Assembly: GCA_051362555.1 (NCBI GenBank)
Contig: CM120640.1
Coordinates: 63,590,788-63,654,787, forward strand
Direction of reading: 5' to 3'
Source: Lingula anatina
Lineage: Eukaryota > Animalia > Brachiopoda
Length of the DNA: 64,000 bases
A model generated the notes under the pieces. That model was given only the letters and a program-made list of their open reading frames with translations, had not been told where the DNA came from and made no database searches. The position numbers and the translations under genes are program-made. Each line of letters begins with the position of its first letter. Position 1 is the first letter of the stretch. Shown one piece after another: positions 15,001 to 26,803 of the stretch.

Positions 15001-17407
15001 TTAGTATTTGATATTCATATGGATAAAAATCAAATATGAAATAAAAAATAAATGATAGGCTAGGGGAACAATACATTATTCTTCTCTGACAATCATTTAT
15101 GTGTTTTCCTAGCATTGATGACTTGTTGCAAGACATTGACTCAGATTTGGAGGAAGAAAAGAAACCCAAGGCCAAGAAGATCAAAAGTCAAAAAGGAAAT
15201 CAAACATGGCTTATGGAAGGGGGAGGGGATGAATTCATTGATTTCTTGGATCCAACTGTTTCCAAAAAAGTTTTAGGTATGACTTACTCTGTGTACTTAC
15301 TTGGTATAAAAAGGGGTAAAGTAACATGCCCACTTTTCAACATAATTCAGAAAATTTAAACAAAACCTAAAGACAGCAAGTGCAGTATTATTTTCTTTAT
15401 GTATTGCATACAAACTGTTTTGTTTTCAGCTACTAAACCAGAAATAGCATCAACAAGTAAAAAGCTTTCTAAAGAGGCAGGTTTTAAGATGGCAGCTGAT
15501 GGTAGAATGATTATCACAGAGGAGGGTAATGAAGAGAAGACATCAAAAACGAAAGAAAAGAAAAGTAAGTGATTAATTAGTGTCATCCACTTTATTACTT
15601 TATTTTTACTGATAGTTTTGTCTTGCACTGTTGTCAATTCTTTATATTGGTATGCCCATTATGTGAATAGGGTCCCTTCATACATTATAATTATTGTCCG
15701 TATGACTTTTATTCCATTTTTTTAAAAGTATATTTGTATGAAGTGAAAGTAATATTAAGATGTCATTTATAATTTCAGCAGATAAAAGTACAGAGGAGGA
15801 AGCAATGGAGGATTTAGATGACTTACTTGATGCCATGGATGGATACAAAGGAAAGGTAGGTTAACTTACTTTGTTTTGAAAATTTTATAGTCTTTGGATT
15901 CTACCTAGATTTAATCTTCTGTTTACGTTTTGCGAACTGAGGCAATTTGTAACACCTGTTCTGTGAGGCTCAGACACATGCCTGGAAACATTTTGTGTTT
16001 TCATATGTGTTGCATAAAAGAAATATTTACATTTAATATTAATGTAATGTAAGTTGTGAATCCAATACAAAGATTGTTTCTTAACATTTTAGAAATCTGG
16101 TAAAAAGAGAAAATTTGAAGGAGTGGATGAAGATATGGATGAGGCACCAGCGAAGTACAAAGGTTGTTTTATTTTCCATTTTGTGTTGCAATTTTATTTC
16201 TAAGGTTAAAATTGGTTTAAAAGTTGAATTTATAGCTGGATAGCTATTTGATTAGATGAATTCAAATGGCTCCATAGTTTTCTTACAGTACTACACATAC
16301 ATTTTTCTACACATACATTTTTTTTACAGTATCAGGGTGTTCAAGGTATCGGTTAGTAAGACAGCCTGCATGGTTGTTTTTGACAACTTATATTTCATGT
16401 CTTTAAAGTATCTCAATCAATTTTTCATCTTCATTTAGCTGGAGGTTCAGGAATTCATCGTCCCTTAGATGGATCAAAGGCAGAGAAAAAAGGAGACTAT
16501 GGCAGTGAATATAGATCAACAGTGAGATATTTTGCTAGTCATCTCTTTTTAATTTGCACATAAAAGGCTGGCTAAAATAGTTTTCTTTTTAAATATTCTG
16601 ATTAACTTATCAGGATATGCATGACATATTTTAGATGTTAAGCAGTCAAACAATAATTAACTAAAACAAAAAAGTAAAAAAAAAAAATAATAAGTATGAT
16701 TATAAAATGAAAAATTAATTCCTCTGTTTGTTGTATCATTTTAATTTTTAGAAGGGTGGAGGAGATGTGAAGAGGGTAGGCAAACCAGACCCCTATGCTT
16801 ATGTTCCACTTGAAATGAAATTCTTAAACAAGAGGCAAGTTTTAATGCTAAATTTGTATTTAAAAATTATAAATAAAACCTTGTAAAACTTCCTTAATAT
16901 GTATTGATTGAAAGTGTTTGATGTTGTCATTGTTCAATTTGGATTCAATAATAGGGATGACAACTGGGCAGGTCATATTTGATAGTATTTTTCAAGTTTC
17001 TTGAGAGAGGGAGGGGGAGAGTTCACTTCACTCCCTACATACTCTTGATTTTGACCATATGCAAAAGAAGCATGTGGATTGTGGGTTAACCAGGGTTCGC
17101 ACGGGCCTTGAAAAGTGCTTGAATTTACACTTTGCCTTGGAAAGTCCTTGAATTTTATTTTTGCCTTGAAAAGTGCTTGACCCTGGCTTACTTTTACCAA
17201 TAGATAAGGTGCAGTTTTTGTTCATTGAATTTGACTGATTTCACAGTTAAATATGATGCTCCTTTTTAAAGGTGTTATAATTTTTTTTTTTTTTTTTTTT
17301 GTAGGAAAAGCTCCAAAATGAAAGGTCGCTTCAAGAACCTAGTAAAAGGTGCCAAAAAAGGAGCAGCAATGGGGAGCAGAGCAAAGGGGAAGAAAAAGGG
17401 AAAATAA
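3108..17407 (+). CDS. RRP12: RRP12-like ribosome biogenesis HEAT-repeat protein, ~34 exons. Approximate exons: 3108-3252, 4134-4342, 4652-4735, 5337-5413, 5608-5713, 5950-6066, 6474-6612, 6904-7031, 7333-7431, 8230-8321, 8567-8678, 9048-9221, 9464-9499, 9798-9940, 10215-10336, 10550-10665, 11008-11119, 11279-11430, 11913-11981, 12186-12279, 12593-12751, 12984-13065, 13307-13418, 13712-13820, 14058-14215, 14412-14503, 14665-14824, 15111-15276, 15430-15564, 15778-15855, 16093-16162, 16439-16521, 16752-16834, 17305-17407
   Basis: Spliced peptides match RRP12 hallmarks: [34 protein letters not shown]...[57 protein letters not shown] and [21 protein letters not shown] is at 3108 and TAA at 17405-17407. 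Confidence 0.95.
7638..8167. mobile_element. PIF/Harbinger-type MITE with long TIRs in an RRP12 intron
   Basis: There is a perfect ~75-bp TIR (GAGCGGATTCTCAACGAATTAAGCC...), extended inward imperfectly to ~130 bp. TAA is duplicated at 7635-7637 and 8168-8170. Confidence 0.85.
9971..10045. repeat. Compound (CT)n(CA)n microsatellite
   Basis: Directly visible, intronic. Confidence 0.95.
17091..17185. mobile_element. Small hAT-like MITE remnant with three internal ~29-bp repeats
   Basis: The termini are CAGGGT...ACCCTG, and a GCCTTGAAAAGTGCTTGA-like unit occurs three times. No clean TSD. Confidence 0.5.
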
Positions 17408-18489
17408 TTCCTTAAGCATAAATAAACAAAAGTAATATACAGATGTATAATGTACAGATATTTAACTGAATGTGAGTTTCATTGCATCATTTTGAGCATT
17501 CACTTTTGTGCTCAGAATTTTCAGAGGAATGTTATTTTCATTATTGTTTTGTGAAATTTTTCTGTGTGGTAATTTTTTTTCCTGCAGTGCAGTGAAAACA
17601 GGTCTTCTCCTAACCTTGTGCAAATGAACAATAAGCTGCAGGTTATTTTGGGTCCTGACCACATGCTTGTTTTTTGAAAAAGGAAAAAAATGATGTGCAA
17701 AAATAATTCCAGAAAACTGGTAAATATTGTTTGCAAAAATTACCACTAAAGAAATTAAGTTCCTTGCTTCATTATAATGTGTACATCATACCTATAAAGT
17801 CAAACAATTCTGTTTTAACTTGTTGACATTGTTCTCATAAGACGTTTCCTTTTGGTAATTTTTTGGGGAAAAATGTTAATCAGTAAGGATTAGTGAAAGA
17901 TAGAATACTTGAAACCATTTGTGTGTATGTGCTCTATAAAGGTTTTATGTACATGGGAAATTGAACTGGACAGACCAACACACTGTTAAGTGGCATTTTA
18001 TGTAACCAACTTGTGAGAAAGCAATCAATATGTGAAATATGGTATATTGTTAAAGCAATAATAACTCTTCCTTTGAGATTCAAAAATCCGCATGAAATAC
18101 ATTGTGAACAACGCATGGAAATATATTCTATTGTATTTTACCACTGAAACGGCCGTTATTGTAGGAAAACTAAAATCTGTGCTTGTCAATAGGGCTTTCG
18201 ATCCCTTTTTTTCCGGTCGACAAGTGCATTCGTTGCTAATGACGTAATGGTGTCACGCGGATTCTCGCGTTCATTCGAGACCAAAATAACATGGCGGGAA
18301 ACCCTCAGACGTAAGTTGCGAGTTTTTGTACAGTGCGTCGGATAACGAAAAGCCCAGAATGGCACACATTGTGGATATAAATGCATTTTTTAACAAAAAG
18401 ACGAATATATCTCATGAATCTTATATAGTGTTGTTGTTGTCTGCTTTTCCCGCGGTTTTAAGTAGGTCACCAGTGACTTTGCAGTATCA

Positions 18490-18676
18490 GAGAGAGCTCC
18501 GTCAGTTAAAATCTCTTAAGAGATTTTAACAAAAAACCGTACGTTTAGGAAAAAAACCCTGGATTAACTTTGAATGCAGGAATGGGGTCGTTGGCCATTG
18601 GTAAGTACGGGAAAATTGCCGTTTTTCCCAGGAAAATCCAATTTTTGGCCAAAACGAAGAGTTATTATGACTTTAA
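18490..18676 (-). mobile_element. End of a Kolobok-like element, same family as 45359-45695
   Basis: It ends ...ACGAAGAGTTATTATGACT|TTAA. It shares the terminal ~170 bp and the 26-bp palindrome GTTAAAATCTCTTAAGAGATTTTAAC (18505-18530) with the 45.4-kb copy. The other end was not located. Confidence 0.65.
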
Positions 18677-20010
18677 GTTAATATTCAAACTCTCCTGTAC
18701 AAGAATGATACATAAATTAACAAGGGTACATGTGTTGTACATTTAAAGAGGCTGAAGTTAGATTTCATTATTTTAAAAAATCTAAAATTTAAGATACATT
18801 TCATTAGTCTTACTCTTAACTAGCTGCAGTCATGATAAATTGCATTTGGTGGTATTTTTTTCAAAACTTGAGTAATTCAAAAAACATTTTATGTAAGTCT
18901 TATACCACTTGGAATAACATTAAATAACCAATAAGCAAGTCTTTTGGTTGTAGATGATAAAATGATTGTGTGCACAATATATTAAAATGGTGCAAATGGT
19001 TTTACTTTACATAGTACTTTTTTCATAAAATTATACATTTCAAACAGCCAGCTATAATACTGTGAATCACTTGTACACAACTGGAAAAATATTTTAAATA
19101 TGAACACCCAAGTAAAAAAGAGTAAATTAACAGTATTTAAAAATACAAAGACAAGTTACATGTGATTGTACCACTGTAGAATGTACAAAAAGTTGTCTTG
19201 AACCTCACCAGCTGACTTGGACATATTATTTGTATTAATGAACAAAATCTATAATATCAAGTTGGAAAGAAAAAATTGTGAAAATAAATGTTCAAATAAA
19301 TGCATCACAAGACATATCTTGCAACTTACATGGAATTCTCAGATCTTATACATACATTTTCAACAAGAGTTTTAGCCTTAAATAAACCAAAATATGGTTT
19401 CTAATTTAATACCTCTGAATGAAAAATGTAATCAAAAACAATTGTGATCAAAAGTCCTTTTGCTATCACTAGTTGAATGCATGTAGCATTTCAGTCATTT
19501 TTACAGACCCCTCACTCAAAATACGTCTTCAATTCTACTGACAGGACCAAAAAATTTGGAAAGGAAATATGAGGCTCTTACAAATAGATAAGTTGATTTA
19601 TAAGCAACATTTTTAAAGCTATGGTAGCTACATAATATTTGTTGTAAGATGACAACTTTGGTACCATTGCTGGTATGTGGGGTAACTGATGTAACTGCAA
19701 TATTACATGCTCAATAGCAAAATAACTGTCCAAAATAGATGTTTGTTAACAAAATACAGTAATAACTCCATCTTTTCACTGGGGAAAATTGTACATTTTA
19801 CAGATACTGTATTTTTTTAGTCAAAAATTCCTCAAATTCGAACATTCCTATAGACTGAAACAAACATTTAAAGAAGGCTACCTCATATTTCTATTCTGTA
19901 CAAGAAAAGTACCACAAATGCTGCACAGAAGTTTATTTTAAATGATTGCAAAATTATATAATTGAAGACTGACTGTACTTCCACTTTGAAAAGATGGAGT
20001 CATATCGTAC

Positions 20011-23000
20011 TTAAAGCTGTTCATATCCCTGTACCGAATCGGCCTGAAGATTCTGGTAGGAAAATGCTGGCTGATGATCTGTTGTGCCCGCTTGCTTCTT
20101 ACGCCTATTGTAGATCACACAAGACACAGTAAATATTGTGAATACTGTTCCAATTACAACCAAGACGATTACTGCAGTAACAATCCAGCCCCCGTGAGAT
20201 ATCAGACTCAACAGTGAACCATTTTGTGATGTGTGGTTAGGTTTCCCTACCAGTGCCTTATCTAAATTACACTTTTCTGAGTCACAGCAACAAAACTTTG
20301 CCAGATGTCCATTGGTACTGTTTTTCTAGAGAAAATAGAATATAAAAAATTAATTTATAATATTACAGATTACACTGCATATTCCTTCCTAAAACATTTT
20401 CTGCTGCTGAAATATGAAACGGGGCTGTTTTATTAAATTTTTTCATGGGAATGCACTCACTTTAATATATAATGTTTCAGATATTCCTGTAATAGTGCAC
20501 ATAATATATGGAAGTTTGTTATGAGTAAACAGGGTTTTTTTTTGTGCAAAACTAAGTTTTCTGTCTCAAAAAGAAACCAGTGAAATAGTGCAGCCTGTAC
20601 AATATTTGATTCTAATGCACATTTACTACCTACCTCTCTGCAGCCCTTAAATGTCACATTGGTTTTCTGATCCTTGCATATTTCCTGATTTTGACCAGCA
20701 CATCCAAAAAAGTGACTTTGAAGTTTTCTATCACTATCCAGCATTGACACATTATAACATAAACTACTGGAACAGGCTGAAAAATAGTATTGCATGACAC
20801 CGTCAAAAATAATTAAGACACTTGAGAAAGGTCCGTATGTGTACATAAAAATTAACTCTCACTAAACTCAAGAGGAGACTTTCTATGATTAAAGCATTGT
20901 GGATGCTGCTACAATAGGCTTATCTCTCTTTTTTTAAGTTACTTAATTTTTCTCTTAAATTATAAATATGAATTAAAGAGAAATATGAAAGTTTAAATGA
21001 AATAGGAAAGATTAACATGTATCAATCAAAGACTTTTTGGTTACAGTGCAACTATAACATATTAATTATAATATAGAAGTTAAAGATGGTAATTGAAAAC
21101 GTGTGACCTAACTTTTTAAAGTGGAATTGAGATTTCCTTCATAGCATTGAAGAGAACTTGAAATGTCCAAGGCTGGCCTGAACATGTGGTTTCTTTTCAT
21201 TTCTGCTGGCAGGTTGCACTGATTCTCATTACAGCAAAAAAGCATACCATCTTTTCCATCATATTTTGCCTGGAAAGTAACTTTTTTTTAAATCAAAATT
21301 GGGTAATCTTGTCTTATCTACAAATTACTGAAAGCATTTTTAAAAAATTGAAATGAAATAAAAATGCAATATTTGGATTAACTTCATAGAACAATATCCT
21401 GAGTACACTTTTCATGCATTTTATATATTAAACACTTTTTCTTCTAATATCTTTTCATCAGTTATGACATTTAGCATTCTCACCCTTCTCCAGTTCCCTA
21501 TAATGTCTGGTTGGCAAGTTTCATTGTCTGCGCACCCATATGTTATCACAGTTTCATGATCAAAGTGAAGTGTTTGGTGGCTATTGTATGTGAACACAAG
21601 GCAAGAGGACCCTGGACATATTGTGGTGTTCAGTACATCATGAATTGGTAGGCCACTGGCAACAGTACAGTTTATTCCTGCAGATTCACTGTCAAAGCAA
21701 ATATAAACATCAGTTCTAGGTACATGTACAAATGCCTAGGGCATAATATGGGTCAGTTAATAGTAAAATGACATTAGATGGATTTACTGTCTATCAAACT
21801 TGCCACTCCTCCCTAAAAATAGGATTCCACACATCACTAATATTGATGAAATTATTTTATTGATAACTTTTGTTTAAAATAATTAAGGGCATATGGGTAA
21901 CAGGATACTCTACTATCAGTGCACTTCTCTTTCGTTTTAATTTAAAGGCCCTCTCCACAGGGTTTACCAACCAAAATGAAAAAGGGCAATTTTTCTCCTA
22001 CCAATAAATCTTTGCCAGACCCCTCCCTGCACTTGGGGTGTATTCCCAGAGACTTAGATTGATCCAGGGATTAAAATTTAGATCAACCTAACTCCCTAGG
22101 GGTTCACACTAATTTGCAGTCAGCCGAGCGTGCACCATAGTTAATTACACCCTTACGGCTTTCAGTAGGCGGGACAGACGCTTAAGCCGGCTTAGCTGAC
22201 AGTAATCTAGTGAGACTCCCCACAGGGATAGATCGATCTAAAAATCTATGGAAATGGGGTGTTGGATTCAATGCCTTATTCCATTTTAAATTCAATAAGT
22301 TACATTTAAATGGCTGGCAAGTCATTTAGAATGACCTTCATCATCATGTCTTCGTTTTCACACAAGGCAATGGCGTGGTGTTTTTTAACACAGCCCTGTA
22401 CCATGTATAATACAGGCTGAGAAGATAATAATGACACTATTGGTAAGCTTCACATAAATCTTTATTTAATGGGGTTTATCATCTTTAAGGAATCAATTGG
22501 GAAATATATAAGAAGTTTTGAGGATGTAAATAAATGTAGGGAACTTTCAAATATGGGTCAGTTTTTTTAGAGAGAGTGGAGAGCTCTTTTAAGTTCTACC
22601 AAAATAAAATTATTTCATCAAATGTGAAATGCACAACTTTATGGTAGCACGAAAATTCATGCGTTAGCACTCCTATTGACGATTCTGATATATTAGCACA
22701 GACAGTACATATCAGAATCATCAACAGGACACCCTGAGCTTCAGAGATAACTTGACACTAACCTCTTCACTATTAGCCTATCTTCATCGTGTCAAGTTAC
22801 CTCTGACGAAAATAGTTTGACCTAGTTTATATAAGCCAATCGAATCCATGTTTCAAAATTTTTCACCAAAGTTTGGTGAAAACGCTGATTGGTTGACCGT
22901 CAATCGGCAATCCTCGGCTGATTCCGCAAGCTCCATACTAACAACATAGTTATTGTCGAGTGCGGAGACATCCGAGTAGTTCCGAGTGCATAACCGTACA

Positions 23001-23709
23001 CAAAGAAAGCATGGAGTATATCGGAATTGAAACCAGAGCAGTTTGATGCCCTGCATAATTATCTACTGAGGGATGATGTATTTTGCGTGCTGCCCACAGG
23101 TTACGGCAAGTCCCTGATATTCAGCCTTATCTTTGATTGGTCCGGATTTGAACAAAGCGCGCTTTGACTCGTTCGCGTTCATTGGCTAGATCGTTCAATG
23201 AGTCATTGAGTGCGGGCTTTAAATTTGATTGGCGGGCGGCGGAGGCAATCGAATGTGGTCAGAGGTAACTTGACACAATGAAGATAGGCTATAGTGAAGA
23301 GGTTAGTGTCAAGTTATCTCTGAAGCTCAGGGTGCAACAGGAGTGCTAACGCATGAATTTTCGTGCTAATCTTTATGGGTGTATAACCTATCTTTTAACT
23401 TTTTATGACATAAGTGACGTGTGAAGGTGAAAAGTAAGGAGAATATCAGCCAGTCTGACCCAGCAAAATTTCATTCAATAGCACTCTGTTCACATGGTCG
23501 ATTAAATCAATGATTATCATTATTATACATGTAACGTACGTCGTCGTACTAAAAAGTGAACTCGGAAGCATTAATATAAACTTAGGACATTAGAAGTATC
23601 ATTAGAGGTTACACACTATAATCACGCATGTTAAACTCAAAGTTCATTCTTACCTTGACTCAAGAAATACAATGAGAAACAGTACAACAAAATAGCGATA
23701 TCCAGTCAT
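20011..23709 (-). CDS. Uncharacterised 291-aa type-I membrane protein: signal peptide, two three-finger (LU/Ly6/uPAR-like) Cys-rich domains, TM helix and short tyrosine-motif tail. Exons 23709-23654, 21688-21484, 21269-21113, 20776-20634, 20325-20011
   Basis: All four GT-AG introns are phase-consistent (876 nt in total). The N-terminus is MTGYRYFVVLFLIVFLES. The two domains end in FCCNENQCN and CCCDSEKCN, and there are several N-x-S/T sites. The TM segment WIVTAVIVLVVIGTVFTIFTVSCVI is followed by YNRRKK. Confidence 0.85.
22025..22262 (+). mobile_element. Harbinger-like MITE, family of 38212-38425
   Basis: It shares the core CTAACTCCC..GGGGTTCAC...TAGGCGGGAC...CTAGTGAGACTCCCC..GGGATAGATCGATCTAAAA and the ATCTATGGAAATGGGGTG end. 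The left boundary is approximate. Confidence 0.75.
22645..23368. mobile_element. Tiny (~110 bp) hairpin MITE with a 10-bp TSD, interrupted by the element at 22730-23334
   Basis: The TIR TAGCACGAAAATTCATGCGTTAGCACTCCT has its reverse complement ending at 23368. The flanks are AACTTTATGG (22635-22644) and ATCTTTATGG (23369-23378). Confidence 0.75.
22730..23334 (+). mobile_element. Internally deleted AcademH-like DNA transposon carrying a RecQ-type helicase fragment
   Basis: It has ~78-bp near-perfect TIRs (CACCCTGAGCTTCAGAG.../...CTCTGAAGCTCAGGGTG) and the TSD CAACAGGA (22722-22729, 23335-23342). The internal frame 23018-23134 reads ISELKPEQFDALHNYLLRDDVFCVLPTGYGKSLIF. Confidence 0.75.
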
Positions 23710-24369
23710 TATCCAGCCTAGATTACTTGTATGATGTAGGTACTTCTAAACTACAAATAAAGCACTGAGGAGTGAGGCAGACTGTCTAGCCGATACTTCT
23801 CGTCTTCCTATCAGGCCTTGTTTCCAATACTATTTTTGGTTGGATAGAGATCTGGCCAAAACTTAATGCAGTACACATACCAAATGAAATATCTGCAAGA
23901 AGTGTACAGCATCTAAAAACACATTTTGACGCAGTTACATAGAATGGTGTCTGAAACTAACAAGTGGTGTTTATAGGTGGCGCTCTATCGCAAGACATGC
24001 AGGAATAGAACTACGAATAGGATAATAACTCTTCAGTGAATATCTAGAAAAAAAAAAAAAAAAAAACAGACTGTGGCCCAGGTATGGTATGAATACATTT
24101 GCAGGCTCTCTAGACTACAATATTTACACAATATATATGGATATAAGGCCTACATTTATATATGTTTACATATTGTAGTATGTTAAATTACACGTGTTAA
24201 TGCAAATTATCAGAATTTTACAAGTAATTATATAAATAATAAAGGCTAGGGTGAATAAAACAAATTAATGATAAATGCTGGTTATAATAGTGATAGTCTA
24301 AACAATAAAACTTTTTCTGATAAAATGACCAAAAAATAATAATAATAATAATAATTTCAAGTATTAAAT

Positions 24370-24575
24370 TCTCATTGAAGTGCTGTGCAAATAAGAATGT
24401 TTTCAAGGCTTTTTAAAAACCTCAACACACATCAAATGTGTGAGGGTAGTTCATTCCATAAAATGGGTACGGTGATGCAAGTGAAAATGCCCTGTGGCCG
24501 TAGGTTTCAGTGAATTTTTTTGTTGTCATTACTGGTACAGCAAAGAGAGGAGGTGGATCTGGTGGGCCTGGTGAG
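24370..24575 (-). mobile_element. Decayed L2-clade LINE ORF2 C-terminal fragment
   Basis: The frameshifted peptides AVP...TYGHRAFSLASP, LWNELP and LKTFLFAQHF match the typical L2/CR1 ORF2 tail pattern (GxRAFS..P.LWN.LP...LKT.LF). Confidence 0.7.
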
Positions 24576-24825
24576 ATTGGCTGAACTTGGATTTCCTCTA
24601 CTATCGCCATATAATCTACCAGGGCGACAGATTGATTTTCCACAGATATGTCTCTAGATAAATAGACGGTCATTTTGGTCTAGCTGTTGCCCTGGTATCT
24701 CTAGGCTACTATCGCCATGCTTCTGCCTTTCCCAGTTTGAATGCCTTGTGCGTAAATCGTTTTAAGAAAAAAGAACTATTTACTAGAAGGTCTATTTACC
24801 AGAACATTAACATATACGTTAATCA

Positions 24826-24885
<60 letters not shown>

Positions 24886-25170
24886 GAGTGCCTGCGTCGG
24901 AAGCCTCCTTGCATACCATTTATAATATCAAGTTGCACGAAGTATGTGTAGGCCTACATATTACAACACATATTCGATTGCGTGTAGGCCTACATTAACA
25001 TAATGTAACGTGACAATAAGCCTAAAGTGTAATCTATCCTGGATTTTTACGCCAAATATAATTTTCCTAGGAAAAAAATTTCCCAAAATCTAGCCTTCAC
25101 ATTAACAATTGCTCGACCCGCTTCTGCTCTCAGATTAGATGGTTTATACCAAGAAATGGCCTCAGAACAT

Positions 25171-26803
25171 TTTTTTTTTTTTTATTATGGAAAAAAAATA
25201 ATAAGTAAATAAATAAACACAAATAGAGTATATATATATATGTTCCTTTCATACACGCACACATACCCACGTACGCACAACACTCATACTTGGTCACTGC
25301 TAATATGTATATTATCCTTGCATTACACAGTTGTGTTTACAAAAATAGACTAATTAGTTGTCTGTCCATTTCACTCAAATATAGTAACTTCATCTCTGCT
25401 GATTAACAAAACAAAATTAAATAAAATACTTAAACCCAAAAGATAAAGAAAGGGATGCTACTGCTATTCCCCTTCAACAAAAAGTGGTAACCATTGTGCC
25501 CATTGTTTAACAAAGTTGTCATATGTGCAAGATCCATGACGCAAAGCAATATTTTTTTCAACATGATACATAAATTTTATGTAACCCAAAAGACCTTGAA
25601 AGCTTGGGGTCTTTTTTTGTTTCAGGCACTTGTAAATATATAGTTTTCCAAACATAATAAGTAAATTAAAAATTTTACTTTCCGTTGTGCATTTTATTCC
25701 AAACAAGATTTTATAGTCATCGAGATCCAAATTGACATTAGTTTTTTCGAGTATATGGTCTTGAAACTTATTCCAAAGAGGACGCACACTATTACATTGT
25801 ATAAACACATGAAGGAGATCTTCACGGTCTCTTTTACAAAAGCCACATATGTCATTATCCTGAATGCCAATCTTTTTCAAATAAGCACCCAAAGGGAGTA
25901 TCCTATGTATTATTCTAAACTGAAGCCATTGTAACGTTGTATCTCGAGAAGTTCCAAAACAAGTCTCAAAAATTTCTTCCGTTTTTAAGCGAGCGTCCCC
26001 GTTATTGAATAGTTTTTGGTTCCATGTACAGACACCAGTGGGAATAATATTTTTCTTATTTAGGACATTATATACATATCTGTTTCCTTTTTCATTTAGC
26101 ATAAGCCCCTTGAAATGAAACGGGTAGTAAGGGGTGACTGTAATAGCCACCTTTTCCTTATCAAATTGTCTTAGAAAAACCTTAACTGCACTGTACATGC
26201 TATTAAACTGCATAGTTTGGACTCTCAAATTGAATTTTTGTTCAAGCACATTCTTTTTCATTAAATTTCCCTGATTGTCCAACATATCTCCAAGAACTTT
26301 TATTCCTTGTTTGTACCAGGAAGGGATAAACACCGAAGCGTTGTTAATCTTAATTTCAGTATTATACCAAAGAGGTATTGCGCCTGGGTCACTTGCCCAT
26401 TCCCTTAACATTTGGACTTTCATAAAGTAAGCCCAAGCTATCAGAGTATCCTGCCAAAATTTGTTTTGGATACGTTCTGCTAACTTCCTGACATAATCAT
26501 CACCAAAGTCGAGCAGGTTCAGGATTAACTTTTTTCCTAATATGGATTCTAATATATTAGTCCAAATCTGTTTCCTAGTAATTAGTCTTTTCAACCAAGA
26601 ACATTTTAATGATGTAATAAAACATTTTATGTCAATCATTTTAAGGCCACCAGCGTTGTGATTTTGAGAGGCTACGTCCCTTTTAATTCTATCACATTTT
26701 GACCCCCATACAAAATTATAAAACTCAGTCTCAAGCGATTTAATAAATCCGTTGTTTGGGTTGGGTAGGGAGATAAATAGGCCTCAGGGTAGGGAGATAA
26801 ATA
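25171..26803 (-). mobile_element. 5'-truncated L1/Tx1-clade LINE with uninterrupted C-terminal ORF2 (25464-26780), 3' UTR and poly(A)
   Basis: The ORF contains FVWG...GGLKMIDI and a zf-RVT-like QFRIIHRILP...CGFCKRDREDLLHVFIQC motif. AATAAA is fused to the poly(A) tail (T-run at ~25170-25183). The TSD GGCCTCAGAACAT lies at 25158-25170 and 26804-26816. Confidence 0.92.

Noticed and set aside
24422-24673. 83-aa ORF as an independent gene
   Set aside because: It is a chimera of a dispersed repeat and a frameshifted L2 tail.
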